A stretch of DNA of 64,000 nucleotides from Octopus sinensis (GCF_006345805.1 NC_043005.1:36456001-36520000), one strand, 5' to 3'. Counted from the first letter of the stretch, positions 39,142 to 54,193 are shown. Translations and numbers: made by a program. Notes: generated by a model not told the origin, from the sequence alone.

Positions 39142-40247
39142 CAAGCTGCTAGATTCGTATGCGCGTCATACAAAATGTATGACTCATTACATTATGAGTA
39201 TACATTTTGCCATGGTTGATTTTACTTTTCTAGTCTCTTAGGAGACTACAAAATAAGTATTAGTTGTGCTCTAACTTGCTTCTTCCCTCAAAAGCTTTGG
39301 CCTTGTATCGAAATTAGAAGTTATTACCACTACTTTTTTCACCAAACTTTAAACTGATGAAAGCTGAAGTTGTCTTCGACATGATGTGAACTCAGATGAC
39401 AGAGAGCCAGAACAAATATCGCTACACATTACCTGTAACTCTGTAATGCCACCATCTTCGCTAGTATTTCTAGCTTCAATGATCGAATTCAGTCAATAGG
39501 TCAGTGTACAGCTTAATCATCGCGTTTGATCGAAGAAATTTTATTTTCGTGTTTTTCTTCTTCCTTTGAATCTTTGCTATAAATCTTTGGAATCCATAAT
39601 TCTTCAAGGCATCTTCTATATGTTTTCTGGCAGCAAATTTTTCCCTTCAGTATTCCATGTCTGCAGATAGTCGATTACGCCATCTTTTTCTTTTTTTTAA
39701 ACCTGTCTTTTTAAAAAGACATACAGAGAAAGCAAGATAATCTTTTAACTTTCGTTAGAGAAAATAGTGAAAGAAATATTGTTTCCAAAACTGTAGAGAA
39801 GAAATCTGTGTTGGTGGTGCTGGTGAGATATTAAAAAAATAGACAAAGCGCAAAAAACAACATAAACATGAAGCAACAGAAAAAGCAGAAAATAAGCGAG
39901 CGTTGTTGTCATTTTTGCTTTTTGTTGTTGTTGCTACTTAGCTCCCGTCCCGCGGATTTTATTATTGACCGAACAGACATAACATAAAACTGTTACAGCG
40001 CTGACCATTCCATATAAATTTTCAGATGTGCATTTAGAGCCACATTATTCAACGTAGTCCTTTATCGAAGACAGTAGTCCGTTGATATTTGAGAGATACA
40101 TTTGTCTACTATTTCTAGGACATCAAGCAGCCTCTTTGACTCATGAGTAGTTTCCAGGATTATGGATCGAAGAAGTTATGGAAGATTGTTTGTAATAAAC
40201 ACGCTTTACCCTAATAATTAGTCAATATGTAATTAACTATAGTTAAA

Positions 40248-40331
<84 letters not shown>

Positions 40332-41099
40332 AACAACAACGAATTTGGGTTAATTATTTTATTGATGAAATGTATTCTTTTTTTCCCCCCAAATATCCAT
40401 TTTGAAATCTAGAAAGAATTTCAAAGTAGCAGACCAATAGGTATTGAGCAGGTAAAACAATGTAAAATGATTCTATTATGTATTTTAGAATAATAAATGT
40501 CAAGAATTGACTTACCACATGGTTTTGAGAGAAAGAGATAGAGAGAGGGGGTGGAGGGATACAGCTGGGACAGTAATTGATATTCGCCCACTGCCAACCG
40601 TTATAGAGCACAGCTATCTATCTATCTAGCTATCTATATTTATATATAAAGAGAGAAAGAGAGAGAGAGAGAGAGCGGAAGAGTGAGAGAGAGAGAGAGA
40701 CAGACAGAGAAAGAGAGAAAAAGAAAGAGAAGGAGAGAGTATATAAGAAATTTTTTTGTCAACTGATGTCGTGTATGGTATGTCCTGTGAGCTTTCAGCT
40801 TGGTTTACCACAAAATTTCTGACTTGAAATGCAATCAAAAATTGTGGTATTGAGAATGCAGCTAGAAATGGTTTCTCCTTAAGCGGGTGGATATAAATTA
40901 AGATAATAAGAGAAATGATAAAACAAATCATTTGACACTTGACGAAAACATTTAATGTAGATAGAAATTATAAACAGACAGATAGATTCTCTTACAGCTT
41001 TATTCTATATCTAAATTAAATGTTTTCGAGTAATGCGAAATGGTTTACTGTTTCATATCTTATTTTAATCCACACACAAACACACACACACACACACAT

Positions 41100-41135
<36 letters not shown>

Positions 41136-41355
41136 TCGCATAGTATTTTTTTCTTCCAGTTATAGTGTATCAAATAACACGCTGTCGGATACGTCTTTCT
41201 TTTTGAAATATGTTACAGTGAGATTTGAGGGAGAGTTTAGCTTCTATTTCTAGCATGTAGTGTGACACCTAGATGTTGTCGCATTTGCTCAGAAATCTCT
41301 AGTTCTCATCTTACCGTCATTTATCTATCAATCCATATGTCTGTCTGTCTCTCTG

Positions 41356-41524
<169 letters not shown>

Positions 41525-42944
41525 AACAGTTCATGTCGAAGTTCTCGATATAAAATTATTTAGCATTTTTCGAATTATGATTTGCTATAAAGATAACCAA
41601 TTATCTCAAGTATCTATTAGAAAATATTTCCACTTAACAAAGTTAATTTATATTACGTTATATGATATTTGAATGATGAAATATTTCGTAATTTTGTCTT
41701 GTATTTGAGGTTTTATTTATTGTCAGGTGCATTAATATAATATTTGAAATATTTAAAAAAATTACCACCTGAATAATATAAAAATGGGGTTGAAATTGCT
41801 GCCCTACTTTTCAATAGCTTCAGATTCAAAAAGATATTAACTCATGCAAATGTAGTTATCATATTTTCTAGAAATCTTTGGATTTCGTCCTGTCGGTGAA
41901 ACCGTTTGGCTGATCAGAATGACTTAGTGTCATAACACTTGTAACTGAGAGTCTCGAATCCTCTGCAATTTTACACGGATAATAATAATTACACTAAAAT
42001 GAATTGGGTTAATGCCATATTACTACCTACGTTCGTTTTCCATCAAATTCAAGGTACAGTCCCTGGCACTGGAGTTGCAAGCGTCAATCAACGGCCATCC
42101 GTTATGATATTTTGCGAAAGCATCTTTGCAAAAGGTAGATTTTAACTCTTTGCCTGCCCTTTGCAACAGATGTGATGCACCGGATATACTTCTCTGGCGT
42201 CCATGTATTATATATGACCACACATTCCCAATTCCCAAATTCCCAACCAGCAGAATAACATGGAAGTGCCGAAAGAAAAGTTTTATGTTACTCAGAACGT
42301 ATGAAACAAGGGCTAACTAAAAGTTTGAAAACAGTTATGAAGGTGTCGGACAAATTTATGAAAATACCTTGACAAGCAGAATTAAAATCTATTCAGATAA
42401 TCTGTAGAAACTTCGAACTCATATGATCGTGCATATACCTGTACATTCCAACAGAATGGGACACCTTCTCAGTCCGCAATATGCATGAAAAACTGGCTCA
42501 GAGATAATGATATATCTAATTTGGACTGTAAGCTGGCTCACCTGGCATTAATCTGATAGCATCGGATTATATAAAGAAATATAATGGCAGCTTATGTATG
42601 CTTCATTAATTTCGGATTTAATACTGCAGGTTTAAACACGGGATATTTAGAACTTTAGTATTAACCTTGAATTACTGCAAATAATTTGTCGAAATCATGC
42701 ATCGCTACTGTTCGTGCGGGATAAATCAGGTGTCACACAAAGTATTGAGTGATTTAACATAAATATTTTGTTCGCTTGCAAACTTTTTTCATTGTTGTTT
42801 TATAAAATTACACCTTGTTTTACATTTCCATCAATTGAAACATAAACCTGATCAATGAACCAGTATTGCATGTGTATGTGTATGTGTGTGTGTGTGCGTC
42901 TCTGTGTGTGTGTGTACGTCACTAAAGCGACTGAGAGCGCGATT

Positions 42945-43842
42945 CAGCACCAGTATTGCTAGAAATAAGAGCCAAAACAATTCATAGCTACAATAGCGCA
43001 CTGTCTTGTTTACTGACAACGGAGGCAAGCTCCCTGAGCACCGGGCAAAGCCAGATAATCAGTGATTTCGAGTTTACATTATCGCTCGTCAATGGCTCTC
43101 ACCGGCGCCTTGATTTCAACTCAACTCGTCAGCCTATGCACAAGAGAACATTCGTTCAGTTTCCTTTTACCAATTTGACTTACAAGCCTGTGATCGACCT
43201 GAGACTGACTGTGTGACATGCATTGCGTTCATGAAGATATTATGTTAACGTGAAATTACGTAACGCTAAACGTGCTTTGGTGGAGGCACATGGCCTAGTG
43301 GTTAGCGCAGCGGACTCGCGGTCGAGGGATCGCGGGTTCGAATCTCAGACCGGGCGATGTGTGTTTATGAACGAAACATCTAAGTTCCACGCGGCTCCGG
43401 CAGAAGGTAATGGTGAAATTCTGCTGACTTTTTCGCCACAACTTTCTCTCACTCTTTCCTCCTGAATCTAGAAGCTCACCTGCGATGGACTGGCGTCCCG
43501 TCCAGGTGGGGAACCTATACGCCAAGGAAACCGGGAAACTGGACCTAATGAGCCAGGCGTGGCTCGAGAAGGAACAAGCAACAAACGTGCTTTGCCTTTG
43601 ACTTCTTATCCTCAAGTAATACATGATTCCACATGAAGGCAAGATTTTTAAGATACAACGCTTCGGTACCGCGAACGAAGCCTCTATATAACATTTTCTT
43701 TTTCAAGAGATGCTTTCATATCTATTCTTTCCATTAATTTTATTTACATACACATTAGTCATAAACCCAACTCCTTTTGAAACAAGAAACTGCCTCTAGT
43801 ACGCGAATGAGGACGTGGTTTAAGGGATTCGTTTGTGTTTAG

Positions 43843-43886
<44 letters not shown>

Positions 43887-44230
43887 GATGATCAGCTTTT
43901 AAATTTCTGACGCAGTGTAAGTCGGTCACTTTTTTCGCGGTATGAGGACAAATTCAAAGATTTATTTGAAACGCCTAAACATTAGAAAAGAAACTTTTGA
44001 GAATCTTGCGAGAAACGGTAGAGAATGGAGGAAAAAGTGTTTTCTCAACTTCAAAATTTCGAAACTCAAAGGATATTTCAACAGGAGCAGTTATGGGAAA
44101 ATAGGAAAATTAATCAGCAGAACAACAACAGTCACCTTGCAAACTAACACCACCTAATTTCTCAGCTGGATTACTTGCTGGTTTAATAAAACATGCTCAT
44201 ATCCATATCGCTTTTGGTGATATGAGGAGT
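42945..44230 (+). pseudogene. Decayed RTE-clade LINE fragments interrupted by a SINE and (CA)n
   Basis: SCLLTT.GK / TRQ / FTNLT..A.D (cf. ISLLSTAGK, ARQLQEK, FIDLTKAFD) near 42990-43190; RYEDKFK-YLKRLNI..ETFENLARN.REWRK at 43937-44040 (cf. RTE RYKD.LK..LK..WE.LA.DR..WR). Confidence 0.5.
43278..43585 (+). mobile_element. Family D-headed SINE with an alternative 3' module
   Basis: Head and body match D (TGGCCTAGTGGTTAGCGCAGCGGACTCGCGG...CAACTTTCTCTCACTCTTTC), then diverge into CTGCGATGGACTGGCGTCCCGTCCAGG...GGAAACCGGG. Confidence 0.8.
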
Positions 44231-44912
44231 GACCAGGTGAAGTGAAAGAATTGTAAACATTGGTGAATAGTAGTAATAGTAATATATGTGGTTCATTGTC
44301 TATTTGGCTGGATTTTCTTTTTCTCTTCTCTCTGCGCAGCCATACATCGTCTTCGGCGGAGGAGGCCGTCATGATATATACATATATATGTACGTACGTA
44401 CGTACGTATGTATGTATGTATGTATGTATGTATGTATGTATGTATGTATGTATGTATGTATGTATGTATGCATGTATGTATGTATGTATGTATGTATAGG
44501 TAGACATTATACATATACATGCATACATACACACATAGAAACACTCACATACAGAAAACCTTACACACATATATATGATGTATATGTACATAACACACAC
44601 GGAAAAAATATTTTCTAATTTAAAATACAAAAGGGAAACAAATACAATGAAATCTTGGAGCTCCTCGCTGTAATCTCCTGCTGTTTGTTCTGATCCATCT
44701 TTCTATCCACCAAAATGAATGATTTTATACAATTGAAGATTGGAGATTCTGCTTTAATTTTCAACTTAATACCATCTGGGATTTCAAGCTGTCACTCGTT
44801 ATAACAAAGTTCAGCTTTATTTCTTTAGATCTTTTAAACTTTTTGTCTGATTTCCCTCATTTTATACTAATTGTGTTGTTTCTGTCTGCGTGCTTGTGTG
44901 TGAGTTTGTTAT

Positions 44913-44934
<22 letters not shown>

Positions 44935-44946
<12 letters not shown>

Positions 44947-44958
44947 ACATATTCACTA

Positions 44959-45008
<50 letters not shown>

Positions 45009-45070
45009 CATACATATTCACTAACATATATATATATATATATTCACTAACATATATATTCACTAACATA
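44935..45070. repeat. (TA)n-embedded minisatellite, ATTCACTAAC x4
   Basis: Direct inspection. Confidence 0.85.
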
Positions 45071-45784
45071 TGCGCACCTGTATATGTATGTATATGCATA
45101 CACACATGCATGTGTGCACGTGCATGTTATGTTTGAATGAATACATGAACATATATGTATATATGTGGATAAGTGTGTGTATATGTACCTCTGTGTGTAT
45201 GTGTATATACATGTACGTATATGTAGGTATGAATGCGAATATCTATGCATTTATGTACGTGTATATGTATATATGTCTCTGTATTTATATGCATATATAT
45301 ATATGTTTGTATGTATGTGTGTATATATACGTGTGTATATATATATATATATATGTGTGTATTTGTGCATATGTATATATATATATGTATATCTATGTAA
45401 ATATACATATGCATATATATCAATATGTACGCATATATCCACACATTTTATTGCAGTTAGCCGTAGATTCTTGCATTTATATACAATATATATATAGTTA
45501 CTGAAAAGGAGGAATTTCGATTATCCCCATGTGGTGCATTGTAATATATATAAGAAACTGAAGAAGGAAAATGCAGACACTTTCGCTTTCGCTATGCCTG
45601 ACTTTGAGATTTAATTATTTGAATACGTATTTTCTTAAGAAGGAATTTTTTGCTCCATTTTGTGTGTGATATTTATGAGTGAATGATTCAAACAGTAGAA
45701 AAACTAAGGAGAGGTAATTGGTTATCGTTATTATTGTTATTATTGTGTGCAGGGGAGATAACCGTCCAGCTTTCGGTAGGGGAT

Positions 45785-45822
<38 letters not shown>

Positions 45823-48800
45823 CGAAAATTCGAAAACTAGTTTAGTGGGGAGATGTATATACAGTGATGTAATCGTGAATTAAAATATGTAAAGAGATCA
45901 AAGTTGGTTATGCGTGCATATTTAGACGCGTTCTGTACTTTTCGAAAAATTGAGTTGATGCAATCAAATTATACCCCCTTCGAATTTACTGCATTGTGCC
46001 AAAGATTGAAACCAACAACATTCTTAAAAAAGACATATATAGCAGAGTGGTGAACTAATTCCAGACTGAAACAAGTTCAGAATTTCACAGATCCGAGCGC
46101 AAATTTCATATGAGATAATTTCGTCTTTCATTTGTATGAGGATATGACTTAGTCAAATGTTTATCGGAATAGAAAACGAGGCCTTAACATATTTTGTCCA
46201 TGTCATAATCCTTTGAACTTCTCTAGCGGAGAATTGTTACTGAGTCGATATTCCAAACAAGCAGAACTATCCGTTGCAATATCCCCGCAACATTTCATAT
46301 ACATTTCAGAATATTCCATATGTAACCGACTCCATAAAGAAAAAACTAAAGCTTAGTACCTCTGATAGAGATTAATAACAGTAAAACTAATATGAAAGAT
46401 AGTAGCGATGGTAGTTATGTTTATGAGATGACAGCAACCATATCGACTATGATGTTTGTATGAACCATGTTGATAGTAATAATGTTTTCAAGTAAGATGG
46501 ATGATGGATGAAAACACCAATAAAACTAACAGAAAAAAAATACATTTCCAATTTCGGAGATTAATATCTCCTGTAGACTTCCCTTTATACATGTTGGTAG
46601 CCACCCTTATACTTCCTCTATACCTTTTTATTGCAGCTAATGGACATCTCACACATACTCCACTGAATCTTCAAAGAATCTTGTAATACTTCGATTAATA
46701 AATTATGTTATAGGCATTGGTGATAGGATTAGTTATTAGATACGATAGATGCCGAAGAGTGAGTCCAAACATGTGATTAATTGCCTATTACCTGACGCTG
46801 AATAACGCCTCGCGGTGCCTGTGTATTATTTTATTTTTATGACCGAGAGAATGGTTTACAGATAGTAACTACACAATTCTTAATTCTTCATATTGGTGAG
46901 ATCAGCGCAAAACTATACAACTTATCACTATTAAGATTAACCGTTACAGAAATTATATTTATAGAGCCATTGACAGTAGCTAAGGATAACAATCTTATTT
47001 AAACTCCATTTTCAATGCTGGAAGCAAAGCATACCGACTCTGTTCAATAGCTTCCGCTTTTCGTTTCACAGATTATTGAGATAAGGAGTATTCAGTGCCA
47101 CCTTTCAGGGAACAACACAGTGTGAGAATACTGGTGCTATTCCCCGAAAGAATAAATAACAGACAGAAAGATGTTATTGGAGCCTACGTGTAATAGAGTT
47201 GACTGTTATACAAACAGAAAAAATATTATTCCTGATACTGGTGGAAAGATCATACCACCAAAGCTAAATTGTTTATTATTTGGCACTCCTTATTTTATCG
47301 AACTGTGCCAGAGGCGGTAAGGTGTAACCCTTAGACTCTACTCTTCCTAACTGATTACTCAATAAGGAAATTAAATTTTCTTTGGTTTTCCCCCTTTCAG
47401 TTGCATATACATTTATTTCTAACAGAAAATGAAATAAACTGGATAATTTAATTGTTAATAGCAAATAAGTAATATTGGGGGGAAAAAATTAACTTAAAAT
47501 AAGATTTCTGGAATGTTAGATATGACAAAAGAAAAAAAGTAAATGTTGAAAAGAATATTAAAAAGATACGCAAAAATAAATAAATGCATAAAAAAATTAG
47601 ACGCTGGAATATGCTTAAATTTTCCCCCTATTATTTGATTTCAGTGAGTGTGAAGACATGTAGAATCGGTATTGATAGATGTCTGTATACACAAGAGTAT
47701 AAGTGCAATTTATTCGCTGTTTCAGTCTCTAGCTTTAAAGTAGACAAACTATAGCACTACTACTGTGTCCAAATATTTTTACATGCAGGAAAATGCTGTA
47801 CGTAGATCTCTTATATACCATATTACAAATTTACCTATTCTCAATTGCTTATCACCGCATGTGCACAACATATATGTGTGTATGTTTAAATGTGATTTTA
47901 CTTTTCATTTATTCATCTTTCTAGAGTAAGGGAACTTTTTTCTAACAAAGAAACAAAACGCTCCGTTGATAACAATAATGAGAATTGTACCATGTCAATC
48001 TTTAAGTAGGACTTACATACGTTTACTGTTTCATTTACAGATTGTATCTGTAAACTTCGCGTTAGCTGGTCTTTTCCTCTACTTGAAGATCCTAGCTTTT
48101 CCAGATTATGTCTTAGGTATTTACTTACACCACCAACTGCATCAACGATAATTAGTATATATGTAAATTTATAACCAGGGGAGAGGAGCTATGGGTTTTC
48201 ATGCAGATATTAGAAGTTCTCCTTCTCGCTTATTTTGGTAAAGATGCATAGGTATACGAAGCAGTTAACCCTTATGATAATACCTGACTTTTGTTTCTGT
48301 CGAAAATAACTGCCAGGTCTCTTACGTTTGTACTTCGTGAAAAAATATGTTCCACCTCGATTCTTTTTGCTGATAAATATATATGTTTGTATTCCATAGT
48401 AGAGAAGTTACTTATATTTATTGCAAGGTGGGTTTTTTTCCTACGGATAGAATTATCTATGTATGTAATGATACACGTACATACACAAACACTCACAAAC
48501 ATATGTATAAGTGTTTTGCGCATTTAAAGATTGTGAGAACCAGAGTAAAAGTTTACGCCTCTTGCCACAATCGTACGGTAATATATGTGTCTCAAATATA
48601 CTACAGTTTCATTTTAGAATTTTCTAACAATATTTAGTGTGGACTAATTATTATCGCCATTGAATACCCATTGATTGTTATTAGTTTCTTTATACTATTT
48701 CTTACGAACTGCACAGGAATCCAAGGTTCTTATAGTATATAAAACATACTTTTACTTTAGCTTAGGATCGACAACAATAACCTAGATATGGGACGTTTCA

Positions 48801-48999
48801 GTGAAGTTAATTCCAACAAATGCTGAAAAGTGGCGGGTTGCACATACGGTAGATCAAGCGTATTCATACATTCTAATGATAAAGTAATTTTAGCGTTCAA
48901 ATGTATTTTTATTCGGCATAAAACACGACGAGTATTTTCATTCAATAAAATAAAGCGTCTAGAAAAAAACGCTGACAACTGTATTAGAATACATTTCAG

Positions 49000-49385
49000 T
49001 GTACGTGTGGTAAGAAGCTTGATTCCCGACCACATGGTTCCGGGTTCAGTCTAGCAGCGACCGAGCTGGGGCACCTCCTTGAAAAATTTAGCCGAACAAA
49101 TTGACCCCAGCATTTATTTATTATTTTTTTGTAAGTATGGAAACTTACTGTATCGTTCTTTTTCGACGAATTGATACCAATACGCTTGGAGCACAAACAC
49201 ATAAACATATACACATGTCTATCTATATACAACATGCTTCCACACATATTCAGTCTACCAAAGTGATTCACAAAGTCCTGTCGACAGGGGCTGTAATAGA
49301 CGACATTTGCCAATGTGCAACGCAGTGGGACTGAACCCGGAATTATGTGGCTGGGAGGCAAACTTTTTACTACACAGCAATGTCT
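49000..49385. mobile_element. SINE C head (+) abutting an old SINE C copy (-)
   Basis: GTGTGGTAAGAAGCTTG...GGGTTCAGTC on plus; GCAGTGGGACTGAACCCGGAA (reverse complement of the head) near 49322. Confidence 0.7.
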
Positions 49386-49438
49386 TCCCCTACCTACCTA
49401 CCTACCTACCTACCTACCTACCTACCTATCTACATACA

Positions 49439-49496
<58 letters not shown>

Positions 49497-49730
49497 CATA
49501 CAGCGAAGATTATATCAGAGAATAAAACTTTATGGAATTTATAGTATAACAAATAGTCGATTAAATTGAAGCTTTTCATAAATTTATATCCATTGCAATT
49601 ACTACTACACTATAGTTTCATTATATATACCCAGACTTGGTTACACTTCGATATTACTTGGTCTCTCTGTATCTGTCTCTGTCTCTCGCTCTCTCTCACA
49701 CACACGCATACATATATACAAGCATACATA

Positions 49731-49821
<91 letters not shown>

Positions 49822-51499
49822 ATCAATTATATTGCGAGTTATAAACACAGGCGGGTATCATTTCACTACAGAACCATTTCGATAAATCGATAAGAGTTTC
49901 ACTGAAATTCGTTTTTTTTTTGTAGGAAAAAAAATTACAATCATTTGATTTAAATAAAACAGCAGCTCCAACGACAACTGCATCAACAACTGCAGTATGA
50001 AGAATAATAAAAAAAAAAAAAACAAATTGCAGTGTCAGAAGTAACGAAAACGAACAAGATAAAAAAAGAAAGAAAGAAAGAAAGAAAGAAAGAAATATAT
50101 TTAGAAACGTGAGAGTGAGTGGTGAATGTAAAACATACGTGATAGAGACGGAAAGGGAAAGGAGAGATAAAGAGAATGAGGGAGGGAGAAAAGAGAGATA
50201 TATAGAGAATGAGAGAGGAACTAACAGATGGAGACAAAATGCAAGATGAAAAGAAAATGGACGCTAAAAAGCAACAAAATCTGGTGGGATGAAGTAGTAA
50301 GGTGGGTGGGTGGTGTTGGGAGGAGGCAGTTGTATAATTAATTTTCTGTTGCACTGGAATGGCTGATAAATTGTAATTTTTTCTCCCCTAATTTACATTT
50401 CTGTATTCCTTTTATTTTTAGTTTAATCATTGGTTTTGGTCATTAATTAAAAATATCTGGAAATAATAGTAATAAATAATGTGATTTCTAACTTTGGCTC
50501 AGGGCCACGTAGTTTAGAGAAGGGTAGAGATGAGGATGAGATCAATTCCAATACTTCACTAGAATCATTTGTTGTAAAAGATAAAAAAAAAAACCCGAGT
50601 CAGTACTGATGGGATTTGAACTCAGAAATTAAAGAGATGTAACTAAATGCTTTAAATCAGTCAATTATGTCATTGTACGAGCCATCCAATCCACCATCTT
50701 AAGCCGTTCGATATCAGCAATAAAAGTTATTCTTATAGATTTTTCTTTGTAAGTTTCTATTGAAAATTTTCTTTTTTTACTTCTCTTTGTCTGTACGGCC
50801 TTATCTAATCTAAACATATTGTTGCTATGTATCGACCAATTGTTTTCTGACATCCTAACACCTCTTCAAAATTACCAAACTGTATGATCAGTATGTTTCT
50901 AGTTCTTTTATGGCAATATTTAGCTTTCTTAGCGTCCTTGTAGAAATATTGATTTTTAGCAGAGGCACAAGGCATCGAATTTGTGAAGACGAGTAGAATC
51001 GATTAAATCGATTAAATCGATACCTCAATATTTGATTTGTACATTATTTTATCGACTACGGAAGAATGAATTTTTCAGACGACCTCTGTGGAATTTGAAC
51101 TTAGATCTTAAAGGCATGTAACTAAACACTCCAAGTCGTTTTGCTTCTCAATCTATCAATTCTACTAATAAAATGTTGTATACACACGACCAAATGTCAA
51201 AGTGCCAGTATCCAACGACTTTTATTGTTCCTTCTACTTAGAAATGTCAAAGGATGTTGGAAGGGCTACAGTGGAATGTGACTCATTCTTGTTTTATCCG
51301 AGTTTAAGAACTTACGCGAAATCGACCAGCTCTCATTCTGTCAGCTTTTCCTTACATTTGACCGGCTTCTTATAAGTACTGGGCTTCTGCAGCTATATAA
51401 ATTTAACTAAAAGCAAATATCATAAGAGATTAATCCTAACTTGTAATATCATGCATGATAGCGGGAGAAAGTCAAGAACATTGACCCCATTCAGTCATT

Positions 51500-52440
51500 C
51501 GACTTATCTCTTCTGTCTAACCCCCTCCTCATTTATAGACAACTCTTTAGCCCAATCCTCGTTTATAAACAACCACGCTGTTAAGATGAGACACTCAAGG
51601 AAATAATTTCCCTAAATTTTCATCCTCATCGTTGACTATCATCTACTCTCAGTAGGTTGAATATCAAGGTTCTCTATTCGAGTTTTTTTCTGCCGCTCTT
51701 ACACATTCAACATTTTATAGTTTAGTCCAGATGTTATCAAATTAGTCTTACTCTCGACTGTTTGCTCTAAGTCTTAGTTTCATCAAATTTATAGTTTTCT
51801 TGATGAAACCGATTTTTCTTGATGGACAACCGAAGTAACACCGAGATTACAGTGTACCAAGCAAAGGTAGCTTCAAATGGAAGCAGCACAAATATCAATA
51901 ACATCAATGCTAACACAGGGACACAAACTAAAATTTATGTCGGATCTTGTGAATCTAGATTTAAAATTCGCCTGAACGACCACAGATCTTCTTTCAGGGT
52001 CCCAGAAAGACGCAACACAACAACACTTGCAGTATACGTATGGCATCTAAAGGCCCTTTAACATCAGGTGGAAATTAGTGGAAACTTGTGGACACTATCG
52101 TAATGGAACAAGACTGTATAAATTGTGTTTGGCAGAAAGTTATATAATTCTCATGAACTCACATGAACCGGGAGGCTACCTTAACTCCAGGACGGAAGCC
52201 ATGGGGAGTTGCCCACATTTTCGGAAGCTTTTACTTCAAAATTGGAAATCCTAGCTATCAAGTGAATGAAGACAACACGCCCGGCCATATTTTTAAAGAG
52301 GAATATTTCTTGAACTATCATTGTCTTTCTTGTGTTTTAAAACAAAGACTCTTTGCAGAGAACAGTTACTATTTAGAGAAACTGAAGACATGCCTAATTC
52401 ACGCTAGATATGAAACCAATGTTTTTTTTTTCTAAACTTA
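51500..52440 (+). pseudogene. Penelope-like element 3' part with GIY-YIG endonuclease
   Basis: NNFPKF..HP...LNIKV.YS linker, then VYQAKV...IYVGSCESRFKIRLNDHRSSF...TTLAVYVWHLK / FNIRWK...YRNG...LCLAE...LNSRTE....CPH* (stop 52252-52254; one frameshift near 52052). Confidence 0.85.
52372..52436 (+). ncRNA. Degenerate type I hammerhead ribozyme motif at the Penelope 3' end
   Basis: Stem I TTTAGAGAAA/TTTTTCTAAA, core CTGAAGA (52382-52388), stem II ATGCCTA..TAGATAT, GAAA (52412-52415), stem III AC-CAAT-GT, triplet GTT. Confidence 0.6.
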
Positions 52441-52497
52441 CGTTACACATAAACAAATATGTATGCTCTTCTCCTGATTTACGATATTGTAACTAAG

Positions 52498-52529
<32 letters not shown>

Positions 52530-52666
52530 ATCACGTGACCGACCAGACCATCAGATGTTTTACACATCGCTGATCACAATGCGTTCGCATTGTTTTAGCC
52601 TTCGAATGACGCCACCCCGCTGGCTAAGCGAGCAGGCCAACATATATATATATATATATATATATA

Positions 52667-52835
52667 CCTTGGTGCTCTTTCAGTTTCCGTCTACCAAATC
52701 TACTCACAAGGCTTTGGTCGGCCTGAGGTTATAGTAGAAGACACTCGCCCAAGGTGCCATGTAGTGTGACTGAACCCAGAACCATGTGGTTGGGAAGCAA
52801 CTTTCTTAACGTAGTACACCCACGTCTGCGCGTAT
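52667..52835 (-). mobile_element. SINE family C, 5' half
   Basis: CTTTCAGTTTCCGTCTACCAAATC...GACTGAACCCAGAACCATGTGGTTGGGAAGCAA. Confidence 0.85.
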
Positions 52836-54193
52836 ATGTTCACAAATCTATAGGTTTCTTATTAACAAGTTGGCTATAATTGTTTTCACTGAATTATCAA
52901 GTTTAGGGTGATGGATGAGGATGGTGTAGAAGAAAGAAAACTATAGACGAGGGCTTACACTGTAGTGCTGGCTGAAAGATGTACTCATTGCAGGGCTGGC
53001 CCAGGTCGCAGATTACCCTGAGGCCGTCCCTGGGTCTAAGCTGTTGTTGTTCATTAAGTTCTTGTCAGTACTTATGCTATGATAAGTACTGTTGCCACTA
53101 TTCCCATCCTGTTTTTGTTGTGGACTATATTGTGCAATATGTATCCTGTCATTTTAACGCGATTGAGTGTGATTTAAAAAGATCACACTGTTATTTCTAG
53201 CAGGTCCAATCACCGCATAATCTGGACATAAACTAAAAGTTTTGCACTAATACATCTTTTATTATTGTGAAAGTGACATATTCGCTGCCGAAACGTTTCT
53301 TATTGCAATAATATTTCTAATTTAAAGCGGAAGAAATGTCGATGTCTTTGGGAGAACGAATTCTAGTCGATTACATAAACCCTGTTTCTTGACTGGCACT
53401 TTATTTTATCGAACCTCCAAAATGATGTAAAGCAACGTAAATCTCAGTAGAATTTGAACCTTAGTTGAATAGCAGTTTACTGAACCTTTTTCCCGAACGT
53501 TTTTCCTGAACGTTATTAAAGTTTATTCAATTTAATCGACATTTTGGTTACGTTCGTTAAAACTGTATTGTTTTACTTTATTTGTATGTCATTTCGCTGA
53601 CATTACGACACTAACAACCATTTAACGATCAATATTGAGTTAATATTTATAACTCATAGGAATAATTTTAACAAATATTGAAGTGAAATAAATAATAAAT
53701 AACTACGAATGAATCTCTCATTGTGGAAGAGAGAGGTAAATATGTCAGCTTTATAAACGTACAACGAGGTGTCCATACGGAACTATCAAAGCTGGTACTA
53801 AAAGGGAAGAAAACAGCTTGATGTAGTGTCATTCATTCTTAGTCTATTGTCAATTAAGAACTTATGAGAAAGTAAGCTCTCCAAATCTGGCATAAAACCA
53901 AATAGAGGATTTCATTGAAAAAATGTTTAAATGCAAAACGAAAACAAAACAAAACAGTATTTTTATTTTGTACTTATGAGAAATCATTGAAATTTTAATA
54001 TAATTTCACTTCGAAAATAATCTTTTATTTTGCTCTTAATATTTATTGGCATATAGGTGTATGTGTGCATATGTATTTGTGTGTACGTGTGTACGTATGT
54101 GTATGCGTGTGTATGTGTGTGTGTGAATATGTATATACACACGTACAAGTATATTTGTGTTTATGTATATATTTAGATATGTATTTATGTATG

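Noticed and set aside
42023-42320. Overlapping 64-71 aa ORFs with plausible splice signals on both strands
   Set aside because: No recognisable domain, conflicting strands, no partner exons.
43278-43350. tRNA gene candidates at SINE heads (also 3203, 14160-14230, 32040-32108, 61555)
   Set aside because: The heads continue into SINE bodies and lack a complete cloverleaf/acceptor stem; called SINEs, not tRNA genes.
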